From assembly GCF_009914755.1 (NCBI RefSeq), contig NC_060931.1: a DNA stretch of 64,000 bases, one strand, 5' to 3'. Shown here piece by piece: positions 12,386-26,108 of the stretch. This stretch comes from the human T2T-CHM13v2.0 reference genome, Homo sapiens. Each line of letters begins with the position of its first letter. Position 1 is the first letter of the stretch. The notes below the pieces were generated by a model. That model saw nothing but the letters and a program-made list of their open reading frames with translations, was not told the origin of the DNA and made no database searches. The position numbers and the translations under genes are program-made.

Positions 12386-13504
12386 TAATAGGTCCATGTT
12401 GTCAGTGGTTTGGATTATCCAAGGGCAACATGATAGCCACAAAGACCAAACTATTCCCTGGTCCTTCCCATTAGTAAAGTAAAAAAGCGTGAAGGCAAAA
12501 TGAACTCTCAGTTAGCAGCAGGCAGCCATAGACAAAGATTGGTTCAGAGTCAGGAGACCGAGTTCATTTTTCAACTTTGATCCCAATTTTCCGAGGGAGT
12601 CTGAGCAATGCTTATCTCCGTGTCCATATTTCTCTATCTCTTAAACGGAGAGTCACCTGATAACCCCAATGCCTGAATAGTCCGCTTCCTCCGATAACTT
12701 GCTTTGAATTAATGGGATGATGTTTTTAATGATGTGCAAGGTTTGGCATTGCTACCCAAGGAAAGTTGGAGATAATTGCAGTGTTTGTTAGGCTGTTTTT
12801 TTTTTTTTTTAAAGAAAATGAATGGACTCCACTCTGGGGGCTAACTAGAGTGAACATTTCAATTTATTCCCGGGCTCAGAAATAGCTGAAATCCCAAATT
12901 TCAAAGGTAGTATGAATATGACTCAAAATTCATAAGCTTTTTAAAAGGGGTGATGAACTAAACGATCACACAAGTCCCTTTCAGGGCTGACATTCTATGA
13001 TTCTGTGCTGGCAGGCATCCCAGGCTATATTCCAATTTACCAGGCATAAAAGACAGCGATGAAAGAGAATAGGCTGGCCCCTGCTTATGGCAGGTTAGCT
13101 CTAGGGCTTAGTACAGTGCTAATAGCCCAGGTTACAGATGAGATCCCAGCTTAACCAGGCCTGCTTGTTCTGTCCCAGTGAGTCTTAGCCCTGGCTGCAT
13201 ATTAGAATCAGCTAGGGAACATCAATGAGGGCCCTGACCCCCACCCTCCAATCTATTGGTTCTGAAGTGGGCCCAAGAAAGCAGAGCCAGGGCTGAGAAC
13301 CATTTCTGCATATGCCAGAGTTAAAGAAGTTCCATTTACAAGGGGCAGCAGGCAAGGTGGCACATGGAGACACCGTAAATCCACACCTTCCTGGAAAAAC
13401 AACTCGGTGTCATCTGCAGGTGAGCCTATGTGTCCAGGTGCATGTGTGTGTGTGTGTGGGGGGGGCAAGGTATACATACACTAAATGTGCACACACACAT
13501 GCAT

Positions 13505-13750
13505 ATGGTGTAGAAGTTAATAGCATAGGATTTGGAGTAGGACAGACCTGAATTCAAATCCCAACTCTGCCATTCACTAGCTGAATGATCTTAGATCAAT
13601 TACCTAGTCTCTCTAAACTTCCATTTTCTCACCATAAAATGGGAATAATCATGTTAGCTATCTCATGTGAGTTTAAATGAGCTAATTTATGAAAAGTGCT
13701 TAGCCTGAAAACTGCCTACACACAGTAAGCACTCAATGAGTTTTAGCTAT
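13505..13750 (+). mobile_element. MIR SINE
   Basis: gacctgaattcaaatcccaactctgccattcactagctg...aaaatgggaataat...cagtaagcactcaat. Confidence 0.75.
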
Positions 13751-13779
13751 TGAGAATGACCACCTTCTTGCTACTCTAG

Positions 13780-13951
13780 GTTACTGTGAACATCCTTGAA
13801 GAAAATGATGAAAAGCCAATTTGTACTCCAAACTCTTATTTCCTGGCCCTCCCAGTGGATCTGAAAGTTGGCACAAATATTCAGAATTTCAAGCTGACAT
13901 GTACCGACCTTGATTCCAGCCCCAGATCTTTCCGTTATTCCATTGGCCCAG
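13780..13951 (+). CDS. CDHR3: CDHR3 coding exon (probably exon 13): VTVNILEENDEKPICTPNSYF...TCTDLDSSPRSFRYSIGP
   Basis: tag| acceptor, |gtatag donor, 172 nt; ENDEKP calcium-binding linker. Confidence 0.95.
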
Positions 13952-14070
13952 GTATAGTACTTGGTGTCGACAATCCTGGCCCTGTCTCTGAGGACCCTGA
14001 AGTTGTCTAGGGTAGGGGTCTGTGCTCACACACTGATCTGGGCAAAGTGGGATGGGAGTTGGGAGGGCAT

Positions 14071-14194
14071 TATTTTTTTGAGATAGGGTCTTGCTATGCT
14101 GCCTAGGCTAGTTTTGAACCCCTGGGCTCAAGTAATCCTCCTGCTCAGCCTCCCAAGTAGCTGAGACTACAGGCATGCCTCATTGCACCCAGCT
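14071..14194 (-). mobile_element. Alu monomer (FLAM-like)
   Basis: Single-arm reverse Alu. Confidence 0.8.
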
Positions 14195-15604
14195 TGCTGG
14201 GGAAGTATTTGAATGAGGAAAGCAGAGACACAAAATCTAGCAGCCCCTATGCTTCCTGGCACTCCTCTCAGTTTCCCCTTCTTGTCTTACTCCTCCCAGA
14301 CCCCATACGTGACTGCCCAAAGGCCCAAGAAAAGGGTGAACCCCCCAATTCCTGACTACAGTATGAGTCATAAAGCATATTAGTGTTGTTAGAAAAAATG
14401 CAGTCCAACTTTTCGACCACCTCTTTTCCTGAAAGCTGGTAGTGGGGGCAGGGAATCCCAGTCCTCTCTCTGGATAATAATAGATTAAATAGATTAAGTG
14501 CGTTTTGAAACGTGTCCTCAGGAATTCTCTTCTGCTCCATTCATCTTCTGTCTTTAAAAATATACCATCGTAGGGAAAAAAGAGCACCCCTCAATGGAAA
14601 TTAGACCAAAATAGCTCATCTAATGAAGTGCTGGGGCCAGAGATTTAAACCCAAACAAGCAGAACAATTCCACGTGAGAGAGTAAAAATCCATCCCTGCT
14701 GCCTGCTGTGCCCTTGGCCGAGCAGGAACTTGAACAGTAGGAAGCCTCTCGAGCTGGCTGTGTCACAAAACCCAGGGGCAGAAACTGCCTCGAGACTGCA
14801 GTTGCCGAAGATGGAAACAATCCATACTGAGAGCCCTAAGGCCTTTATGGAGCATTTTGCTGTTAAGGGAGCAAAAATTGCATCATCTCCTGCTCCATTT
14901 ACTGGTGTTCAGTCGGTAATGAGTCTGGAGCCAGTGGAGGAATGAGCGGGCATGTGCTTGGGCTGGCAGCCTCTCTGCCCCAGGCTCCCTGAGCTGAGCC
15001 ATGAGCCCCAGCAGAGCTGTGTGTGTGTTTGGGGGTGTGATGGGGTGGGTTCAGGAGGACCTGGGACTGCAATTCCCGCAAAGCCAGGAGGCACCTTCCT
15101 TTGGAGGACTCCAGGGACAGCCATAACCAGTGTGACCCACTGGGTCCTGTGAAAAGCATGCAGTGAACTTGGCCTATGGCTAGGGATGTGACCTATTCTA
15201 CCCTCTTGAAACCCACTCATTTGTTTGAGTGTGAATTACACGTGTTGTTACCAAATAATTGCCGGATGAGAAATCAGAAGGGGCTGCACCAGGGTTACAA
15301 AGTCTCTGCTTAATACTCAGCAAGATGGCACCTAGGCTAAGGGTGTTGTACTATTGTCCTTTTCTACTCAGCCTTGTTTGCAGCCACACTGGTTGTGAGC
15401 AAGAGTTTCTTTGTACTAATGCCATCTCTGGTGCAGTTAAAGCCTGTAGCATATAACTAATCCAGCTCTGGTGTATCAGAGACACAGTCTACACTTGAGG
15501 TGTGGACATTTGAGAAAAAGATTGAATGCAGTTTTCTTCTAAACCTTTATTTCTTACTCTCTTTTCTTCCTTTTACCAACACCCCTGCATCAAATCTCAT
15601 TTAG

Positions 15605-15855
15605 GTAACGTCAACAATCATTTCACCTTCTCTCCCAATGCTGGTTCCAATGTCACACGCCTGCTGCTTACATCTCGCTTTGACTATGCTGGTGGGTTTG
15701 ATAAGATCTGGGACTACAAGCTACTTGTCTACGTAACTGATGACAACTTGATGTCTGACAGGAAGAAAGCGGAGGCTCTTGTTGAGACAGGAACAGTGAC
15801 ACTGAGTATTAAAGTCATTCCCCACCCAACCACTATCATCACCACGACCCCCAGG
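15605..15855 (+). CDS. CDHR3: CDHR3 coding exon (probably exon 14): GNVNNHFTFSPNAGSNVTRLLLTSRFDYAGG...IPHPTTIITTTPR
   Basis: ttag| acceptor, |gtaagg donor, 251 nt; end of last cadherin repeat and Thr-rich stalk. Confidence 0.95.
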
Positions 15856-16454
15856 GTAAGGGCTTTAGGACCTGGAATCCCCAGGCACATTCCCTTGTGA
15901 GTTATGTTGATGGACTTCTTTCCCCGGCCTGGAGGTATGTGGGGTGGACTGAAGAGTTGAGGTATTAGGATGTTGCCAAAAATGGCAACCATGGGCTGGA
16001 CTGGAGTAGCTGCAGGGTGGCAAAAATCTGGTGAGACCTCAGACTCATAACCGCTAACTCAACCACTAACATTTCCTGTTCTGGTAGAGAAGAGTGTGTT
16101 GTTTGTGCAGAGACTTGTGAGAGATCAGACCTCAACCATCTGTGTGGCTTGTGGCACAGGAGCTGATTTCCATGGGCATGCTGCCAGTTGCTACCTTCAC
16201 AACCCCTCTCTGCTTGTTCAGAAGAGTCTTTGCAAGTCAATATCCATGAAATTAGGTTGCTTGCTTACTGCTGGGTGCTCTTTCCCACATCTTTTGAAGA
16301 ATCACCAGGTACCAATCTGTACCCTACACCCCACCTCCGCTCCAAAAAAATTCATCCAATCTACAAATATCGATTTAATGCCTATAGTGTGCCAGTCACT
16401 TTAGCAAACAAGCCAAAAATGATCCCTGCTCTCAGAAAGCTTATTGTATAGGCG

Positions 16455-16735
16455 AGTGATTCTCTAAGTGCGGTCCCTAGACCATCAGAATCAGCACCAC
16501 CTGGAAACTGGTTGGAAATGCAAATTCTCAGGCCCAGCCTAGATTATTAAAGTTATAGGTTACCCAACCATGATCATCACCATGACCTCCAGGGAAGGAT
16601 GCTGGAACCTGGAATCCCCAACTCTATCCCCTAACCTAATGAATCCGAAGCTCTGGAGGTGGGGTCCAGTGAGCTGTGTTTTCAATCAGCCTTTCAGGGA
16701 ATTCTAATGTGCATTAAAGTCTGAGAGCCACTGAT
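16455..16735. mobile_element. MER5A-like hAT-Charlie element with an internal insert
   Basis: agtgattctctaagtgcggtccctagacc...aaatgcaaattctcaggccc ... aaagtctgagagccactg termini. Confidence 0.6.
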
Positions 16736-16937
16736 CTAGAGGGGGAGATAGATTACAAACAAGTATTCAAATTGACAAAGTAAATACAGACTGTGGGAAA
16801 GGGTAGGAAGAAAATGACCAGGTGCTATCACAGAATTGGCCTGGAGAAGGAAGGGAGAGCCTTGAATCTGACAACAGGATTATCTTCCCTGCCCCTTGGA
16901 GGAACTGGCTTGCATCTATGCTGACTCATCTGTCCCC

Positions 16938-16977
16938 TTTCTTCCTCCTCCTCTTCCTCCTCCTCCTCCTCCTCCTA
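16938..16977 (+). repeat. (CCT/CTT)n trinucleotide tract
   Basis: Seen directly. Confidence 0.85.
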
Positions 16978-17787
16978 GTAGAAGCTGCACCCCTGGTCAG
17001 CAGCCTGATACCTGCAGCATGCCAGAAGGAAGATAATCAGAACCTTAGAGAACCCACTATGGAGGTGGCCAGCTTCTTCTCAGAGTCTTGCCAGGAGCTG
17101 GTTCATGCTTCTCTCTCCCATGCTCGAGTCAATATGACCCCAGTGAATGGAGGCATATGGCAACCCTAGGACTTTCCTTGTGGGAGGAGCTGGTAGGCTC
17201 TCCTGAGTGAGGAGTTCCCACCTTTCTTGGGCTCAGAGCATGACCTGATTGTGACATCTCCAATCCTGAAACCTCCGTAACTTGTTTGTTATCTGTCTCC
17301 AGCTCTAGGAAGCAGATGCTGAACTTGAGGCTTTGCTGTGATATCAGCCCACTGCTCTGGCAGTGGCAGCTTGTAGTTGAGAAAACACTGAAAAGCCTAC
17401 AAGGCATTTAAAAAAACAACTTTCGTGGCTTATGCTGTCTCGGTGAGAGACAATGGCTATATTCGTCCCTGGGTTATGCCCAGATATGGCAGAAAAAAAG
17501 CCAATGGAGTTTTTTTTAGCTTTGGGGAAGGGGAAGACAGAGAATAAAATAAGGCCTAGAGTTGTTTTTCAGTTCCCTAAAATTTCTGGGTTTTGATCTA
17601 ATGGATGTCTGCAAAGACTATAAATAAGGTGATGGGTTGAAGCAGCAAGAACTGTGAGCACACAGATGTCCAACTTATAGAGCAATAACAATAACAAAGA
17701 GTGGAATAAACACTCAACACGAGAGAGTGCTGAATGTCAAAATCACTACCACCCTCTACTCACCCTCCCTGCTCTCTGTTGTTCAAG

Positions 17788-17969
17788 CCCAGGGTCACCT
17801 ATCAGGTCCTGAGGAAAAACGTTTACTCTCCATCTGCATGGTACGTGCCGTTTGTCATCACTTTGGGCTCCATATTGCTTCTGGGTCTCCTCGTGTACCT
17901 GGTCGTCCTATTGGCCAAAGCCATCCACAGACACTGCCCCTGCAAGACTGGGAAGAACAAGGAACCTCT
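17788..17969 (+). CDS. CDHR3: CDHR3 coding exon (probably exon 15) with transmembrane helix WYVPFVITLGSILLLGLLVYLVVLLA
   Basis: aag| acceptor, |gtaagt donor, 182 nt; long hydrophobic run followed by basic and Cys residues. Confidence 0.94.
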
Positions 17970-20088
17970 GTAAGTTGCCAGTGGGCTGGGCCCTCTTCCC
18001 CACCTCCTTTAGGACACTGTTTCTGGTGACATCAGGAGAAGGAAAAATGGAGAATCAGGATTTCTCTACAAGGCAGGTTGCCTGGAGTGAAGGCAGGAAA
18101 AGGAGATACGGGGGAAGGAATCCCAGCTCCCCTCGGTCCTGGTGCACTTTCTTTGTCACCTGCTAGGCCAGGAAACCATCCTTTTGGCTTTCCCTGGCAA
18201 CCTACTCTGTCCTTGAGGCTCTTAATAAGACTGGGGCATCAACCTTCTGATGACCTTGCCCTGGATAAAATCTTCAGCAAAGCCCTGTTGTAAATAGCGA
18301 TAGAATATGCCGTGCTCTTATTTGTAGAATATTTAAAGGATAGTATGGAATTAAGGCAAGCACACAAAACCAATAAGGGAATTAAGCTTTTGTCTCCAGT
18401 GACTCAGCCGGGTTTTTGTGTGACCAAATAATTCTTGGTGTTTTGCTTGTGGTCTCAGTCTCTCACTCTTAAGGGTTGTAAACGCAGGCCTGTTTTCTCT
18501 TTTTCCAGTTTTCAGCTGCCCACTAATATGCCTCTTATTGTGCCAATCTGTGATGTGTCTTTTACTGGCTAAAGTGAGGTAGTAGAGTGACGTGAAGAGA
18601 GCACCAAAGAATCACAAACTTCTCCCAGAGCCAAGCTCCTTGATTCTCAGTAGCTCTTACAACTTACAGCTTAGATGGTTCTGAGCCTGAGTTTTGGAGT
18701 TAGATGGGCCTGAGCTCAAGTCTTAGCTCTACCATTTTCTTGGAATATGGCTTTGAGCAAGTGACCACCTCTGTGAACTTGAATTTTCTTATTTGTAAAA
18801 TTAATCAACTAAATGAACAAATGTAAACAAGGCACTTAACTGTATTCCTGATATAGAGTAAATGCTTAGTACACTACCCAGCCAGTTTTTACAAATCTTG
18901 TTTCATTATTCTTCACAGATGAGTCCCAATGAGTTCAGGATTCTAGATTCCAAGTTTAGCTCTATGCCCAAGTATCTTGAGGTGTTGGAACCTCTGAGTT
19001 CTAGGATCTCTCAATGGCAAAAAGAGGGGGTGATAAGACATGTGTGCCTTTTACGGGTATTTTAAATATTAAATATTAACTGTCAAATAAGAAAATCTAT
19101 GGATGAAAGACTGTATAAAAGTACAAGGCATTAGAATAAAGATGTGCGTTGCATTTTGCCATATTTATTGCGGAAGTTTGTTGCTATTGGCAACCTTGAC
19201 TTCAAGGTAAGAAATCCTCGAGCATCTGCTGAAATTAAAAAAGGCATTTTTGTTTGAACTCTATTCACAAATTGATTTTTTTAAAAAAAAACAGCTCTAA
19301 AAGAGTAATTGCTTGTAAGGATGGTGGTGTACTGTACTGGGATTTGGATAGAAGTTCTTGAAGAAACAAATCCAATAGACACTGCAACTCTCATGTAATT
19401 TATGGCTAAACGTTAAATATGCACCTTGAACCTGGTTCTTTTAACTTATGTTGTAAATATTAATTGTTTTCAACATGGTTGACTTAAAAAAGAAAAACTA
19501 GCTAGAAAACCAGACTCAGACTCAACCTCTCTGGAAATTAGTTATACCATATGACAGCCAACTTTGTCAAATAGCAAAGAAGAAAATTAGGGTTACAGAG
19601 CTATAGAATCCAAGGTGATCATGGGAAATCTCGTAGGGTCTGAGTCCAGCTCTTCATGTGACAGGAAACCAAAATGTAACTGCCAGCTCTCAAACCTCCC
19701 TGTTGTGAGCCAAGCCTTCTGCTCTGCTGGCTCTTGGGGAGAAAGGGATAGGGCAAGAAGACTCGCTGGACAGTCTGACTAGGGCAGGCATGTCCTCACC
19801 AGGTTTTCTCATCAGAAACAATGTATTCCCTGAAGTTTATAAGGTGATACTTTTCAACTCATCAAATTCCCAGAACCTCCCTAGTCCAAAGCCAATAGTG
19901 ATGAAGCTGCTTTGTTCGAAGCAGGCGTGGTGATCTAGTTTTCTTTCTGGCCCCTATCCCTGGCACCTCTTTCAGTCAACCCCTGTATCTCAAAGGGCAT
20001 AGTTGCCCAAAGAACCCCATGGTGTCATGTGTGTGCCAGTGCAGCATACTTTCAAGTGAATTAATAGCCATTCTTTTTCCCCCCATAG

Positions 20089-20102
20089 GACAAAGAAAGG
20101 AG
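20089..20102 (+). CDS. CDHR3: CDHR3 14-nt micro-exon (probably exon 16): (L)TKKG(E)
   Basis: ttctttttccccccatag|GACAAAGAAAGGAG|gtatgt; needed to bridge phase 2 to phase 1. Confidence 0.9.
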
Positions 20103-20521
20103 GTATGTACAGTACCTGTTTCCCTTGTCTGTTGTTTTTTGCTTGCTCTGTTGTGCTACGTAAAAAGGTTCCTACTCGGCAAAGAATCAGGCCGCGATCA
20201 CATCTTGGAGCATTTTCAGCTGCATCTTCTGTGGCTGGAAGGAAGCGGAGGTCGGTTGCAGCTGGAGAATGGGAAGGGTGGGGGGACAGTGCCTTGGCCT
20301 GCCTGGATATCTCAATTTGGTCCTGCCTATGCCCTACCTAGAGCCCTCGCCAATCAGCTCAGCTGAACACCTAGGTCTGTCCCTTGCTGCATGGCACAGG
20401 AAGAAAGAACTCTCCGTGTGTTAAATGTAGACAGGACCTGCTTACTGCAGCCCATGGAGGGTGTCCTGAGGACAGCTAATGCTTTGTGCTGGACACAGGC
20501 CTCTTTTGAAAGAACAGATAA

Positions 20522-20816
<295 letters not shown>

Positions 20817-21235
20817 GAACAGATAATATTTGATTCCCAGATTCTAATGGATTTGATCATTTCCACAAATTATTTAGGTTAGACTAGTGAGAAGGGGGAG
20901 ATGAGGGTGGTGAGATGGGCTGAGAGCTGACTGACTTCAGAGAAGTGGGTAAATTGGGAAGGTCCATCTGAGCAGCTCCAGGTCTGAGGAGGTGTCCTGG
21001 CTTGGCCTCAAGTAGACTCCAGAGTGTGGGGGAGACAGGACAAAGAATTGGACAGTGTTTTAATTAAAAAAAAAAAAAGTTTGCTTTAATCACTCCATCT
21101 ACAGGCATGTGTCTGACATGCTTAAGGCATGTCTCAACAGGGTTAGAAATTTGATTATAGTGGTTATTGATCATATTGACAGAGATGATTTTAATAAATG
21201 AGATTTTCACAAACTGTCTCTAATCCCACTTTTTA

Positions 21236-21523
<288 letters not shown>

Positions 21524-21592
21524 AAAATAAAATAAAATAAAATAAAATAAAATAAAATAAAATAAAATAAAATAAAATAAAATAAAATAAAA
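21524..21592 (+). repeat. (AAAAT)~13 pentanucleotide repeat in Alu tail
   Basis: Seen directly. Confidence 0.97.
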
Positions 21593-21961
21593 GGGCTTGG
21601 GAATTAATGCACAAAACCCACACCTTATGAACAGAGGTATCCAATCCCATCTTTCTTTCTTATCTTAAAAGCCATGTAAAAGCCAGTTTTCTAGGTCCAC
21701 TGATAATAAGCTAGAAAAAGAATAAAAAACAACTAAATTGTTCGTATGTTATTGTGTGTGTGTGTATACATATGTGTACGTATTTTTTTCTGAGAAGATG
21801 GAAAGTTGTCAAGAAACATATCTATAGACAGAACAATTCTTTGCTGTGTCTGCAAGACTGAGATCGAAGCCTATTTAGGGGAAATACCGTTGTGGAGGTG
21901 GAATTTTAAGGTCAATTTACCACCCAAGAAGCTTAACTTCTGCCTGTTCTGTTCTCTGCAG

Positions 21962-21993
21962 AAACGAAGACTGCAGAGAGAGACGTCGTGGTG
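21962..21993 (+). CDS. CDHR3: CDHR3 32-nt exon (probably exon 17): (E)TKTAERDVVV
   Basis: ctctgcag| acceptor, |gtgagt donor, in frame. Confidence 0.92.
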
Positions 21994-22326
21994 GTGAGTA
22001 TGGGCAGTGTGGGGCACCAGGCATAGACGCTGGGGGATAGGGGCTCCCGTCTCCCCCGAAGGCAGGCCTGCCACAGCCTTGTGGGCATGTTTATCATTCA
22101 GGGAGGTGCTTGTGTTTGGCTACTGGAACAGATTGCTGTGTGACGAGCTCCTGATAGAATTTGTTCCCTCCACTGAACATGCCTGCTGATATATTTGCAG
22201 AAGAACAGGATTTCATAAATATTGAGTAGTGGTGTTTATTATCTATACCAGCTCTCCACGAGAGTGAGTTGAGGGAGTGAAGCTTAAAGACCAAAACTAG
22301 TGCTTCAGCCTCCAGTGAGATTTAAA

Positions 22327-22329
22327 TTT

Positions 22330-22405
<76 letters not shown>

Positions 22406-22407
22406 TT
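22327..22407 (+). repeat. (TTTC)~19 tetranucleotide repeat (tail of reverse Alu)
   Basis: Seen directly. Confidence 0.97.
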
Positions 22408-22695
<288 letters not shown>

Positions 22696-22954
22696 TAAAC
22701 TTTCTTTGCTCTTCCACTACCTTGCAGAAAAGTGACAGAGAAAGGGCCCTCCCTGGTCCGGGGTTGGCTCTACCCACTTAGCCTTATCACCTCGGGGACT
22801 TCCTTGGCCTCTCTGAGCTTTAGGTTCCTCACCTGTAAAATGGGGGTGAGGATATCTGCCCTGAGATAACAGATGGAGAAATAGTTTGAAAATTGTTAAG
22901 TGTCACACAAATGCAAAGTGTTACAGGATAGCTGGAAAGTTCCCTCTCCTCCAC

Positions 22955-22957
<3 letters not shown>

Positions 22958-22991
<34 letters not shown>
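22958..22991 (+). repeat. (CT)n microsatellite
   Basis: Seen directly. Confidence 0.95.
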
Positions 22992-22993
<2 letters not shown>

Positions 22994-24202
22994 ACAGAAC
23001 CTTATCTACCCCCTGGGAAGTGAAGTGAAGGAACTTGAAGGTGGCTCCCTCCAGCTCTTCCCTACCCCCACGAATAAGGCTTTGTCATGGTCCAAGCTTC
23101 ATGAATTTGTTGCATAATTCAATGGCTCCTCCAATGAGGAAGTCAGTGCAGGGCACTGGAATTTTGGCTTCAGGCACATCCATCCCCTAAGTCTTCTATG
23201 TTCTGGCCAGTGTACAAACAGGAAAAGAGGCAGTCTCAGGTCTCCTGGGTCTTATTGTCTAAGGCGAGTACCCTTGGGGATGCCACTTAGCGATTGCTCT
23301 AGAACTATGTAATATTAAATTAGTCTATTAAATAAATACCTATGACCACAAACAGTGGGGCTGCTTAGCTGGTCAAATTGATGAAGGCCATATAATCCCC
23401 ATTTCCTCTCTCTTCAGAGTTGGGGAGTTGTGGGGAACTAGGTAGGGGATCCTTTAAGTGATAAAAACTGGAGATTGGAAAGCTTGCTAAACTCCAAACA
23501 CAATCCTTGTTACTGTGCTAGTGACCCTGACTTTGGCACCTCTAGAGGGCAGCATGTGAGGGAAGGGGGTGTTTCTATGGGGACAAGGGACAGGTGCATT
23601 AGGCAGAAGTCAGGTCCTGGAGGGTGGCACCAAGGACAGATCAGGGAAGAGAAAAGACCTGGAGCACAGGGCTTAGGTGAGGCCCAGATGCGACACTGCA
23701 TTGGCCTAGGCAAGGGGAGGCCGCAGGGGAGGGCCAGAGTGCCAGGGCCAGAGGTACGGACACCTGGGAGCTCACCTGTGTCCACCTTGACAATGCCTGA
23801 CAGCAATTCACTGACACAACGTAGGTCTTAGCCATGCTGTGTGGCATTTCCACTCTTCCTTCTACGCTCAGATTTTATTTACTCAGGATGCTTCCTTAAC
23901 CCCCAAGTGTGGTTTAAATGTCCCCTCTACCCCTACCTGTGCCCCATAACACCCTATATCTCCCCATCATAGCCTTATTACTCTGCATTGCAGCACCTGT
24001 TTGTAATTGGCAAGCTTTGTACAGGCAGTGACTATGCCTGCCTTGTTCATCACTGTGTCCCCTGCATCTATCACAGTGCCTAATTAAAGACTTAGAAGTC
24101 AAGAAGGCTTTGGTTAAGGAACTTGGGTTGTGAGGATGTGTAGCTTTGCCTGGGGGAAGGAATGTAGGATTGTGTTTGATGCTGTCTCTGTCTTCTCCTT
24201 AG

Positions 24203-24251
24203 GAAACTATCCAGATGAACACTATCTTTGATGGAGAAGCCATAGATCCAG
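24203..24251 (+). CDS. CDHR3: CDHR3 49-nt exon (probably exon 18): ETIQMNTIFDGEAIDP
   Basis: ctccttag| acceptor, |gtaatt donor, in frame. Confidence 0.93.
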
Positions 24252-25803
24252 GTAATTAAGTGGCAATACCACTGTAAGAATGCTTTTTATATTCCAGACT
24301 GGTAGAAGCATGGAGGATCTTATCCAATTTCCTGCTTTTAGCTCATTTTGTCAATCCGTTTGGCTATGTTGCCTATATAGTGCTGACTCTTCTAGGCTAA
24401 ATACAACGTGAGATCAGCTGTGAACCCAGCTGGCTAGCAGATGCTCAAGTACAGGGTCACACTTACGTGAGGCCTCAGTGGGTCTCCACCTAAAGGCTCA
24501 CGTTCAAGGGCCATGCCTCTTTCTTGCCTCCCTTCCTAAATTACAAACCAGTTGAGGGAACTGGTGAATCCAGGAATCCACATTTTTTTTCCTGCTGTTT
24601 GGTACTGATTGCCCCCCCCAGCCCATCCACATTCTTCCTGGATGCTTCTAATAGCACTTATTAGTAGTGGAAGATACAGAGAAATGGCAAGTGTAGTTTC
24701 TTTTTTCCCTAGATCAGGGCCAAGAATTTCCTCTTGGTCGGCAAGATGAACATAAGGTAGAGCTGGCCTCCAGAGCTCTCATCACCCCCGTGAAATCAGC
24801 TCCAAATTTAGCTCCTTTACACTCATCCCTCTGCTTACAAAGGCTCAATTATAGACGTGAATAAAGGGAAGGAAACCAAATTCAGGAGGCAAGTGTGTTG
24901 GCTTCCTGCCACCCTCATATGCAAACGGCACCGGTCCTCCTCCTAAGGAGGATGGCTCCTCTCCAGTGAGAGGCTGCCGCCGCCGCTGCTGCTGCTGCTG
25001 GAATTAAATTTCCCTCTATTATTAGGTGCTTGTTACCATAATGTGCCCACATTAGCATAAGTGCTGGTGGGATCCTGAGCTGAGAGGCCACTCATGCTGT
25101 ATGGAAAAGACAAGGAGCAAGGGCTTGCCTTAAACCTGATCTTCCAGAGCAAAAGGCTCTTCCAGAGCAAAAGGGGGGATTTTTGTGTTTTTGTGTAGTT
25201 GAGAGAAAAAAAAAAAAAGAAAGACATGAGCCAACTGGCCTAAGTCAATTAGTGTCTGCTGGCTCGGACACAATAAAAATGGCTTCCTTGTATCATCTCA
25301 AGCGGGACCAGATTTTTGTATCTGTGTCTACAAATTGCTGCTAACCTAACATAAATAAAAATCAGCCTTTTCCTTCTCACTTGGTGAATTCCTTTTTATA
25401 GCAGGAATTCAGGGGTCTTTTAAAACAAACAAAATGAATCAGAAAGTAACGGGTAATCCCATTAGAGATTGAACCTAATTTATCCAAAGCTTGCATGGAG
25501 TTCAAGAGTTACATGGCCTTCTCATCCTGCAATTGAGATGTCCTTGAGACGCTCCTAAGCCTTTCTATCCAGAGAGGTTTGCTGTTTGCTACCTGTGTGG
25601 TCCGAGCAGCACGGCTTGTGGCAAGGGCAGGCTGGTGGAGATTGTGGGGCTATTCACACACCTACTGTCTGTGTCAGTGATTCACACCTTCTAGTGTGCT
25701 TCATCTTCCCTTGGGAGTCAGAACAGAGCAGGGTAGAAGTGGGGGAAGAGACAGTCATTGGAATTTTCTGGCTTATGTGATTGTTGTATTTTTTTTTCAC
25801 TAG

Positions 25804-26108
25804 TGACCGGGGAAACATATGAATTCAACTCAAAAACTGGAGCCAGAAAGTGGAAAGATCCACTAACCCAAATGCCAAAATGGAAAGAGTCCAGCCACCA
25901 GGGAGCTGCCCCACGCAGAGTCACTGCTGGGGAAGGGATGGGGTCACTGAGAAGTGCCAACTGGGAAGAAGATGAGCTGAGTGGCAAAGCGTGGGCTGAG
26001 GATGCTGGTCTGGGTTCCAGAAATGAGGGTGGCAAGCTGGGCAACCCAAAGAACAGAAATCCAGCCTTCATGAACAGGGCTTACCCCAAACCACACCCAG
26101 GAAAGTAA
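25804..26108 (+). CDS. CDHR3: CDHR3 terminal coding exon (probably exon 19): VTGETYEFNSKTGARKWKDP...RAYPKPHPGK*
   Basis: T-rich tract then tag| acceptor; stop TAA at 26106-26108; exon lengths from codon 529 give an 885-aa protein. Confidence 0.96.
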
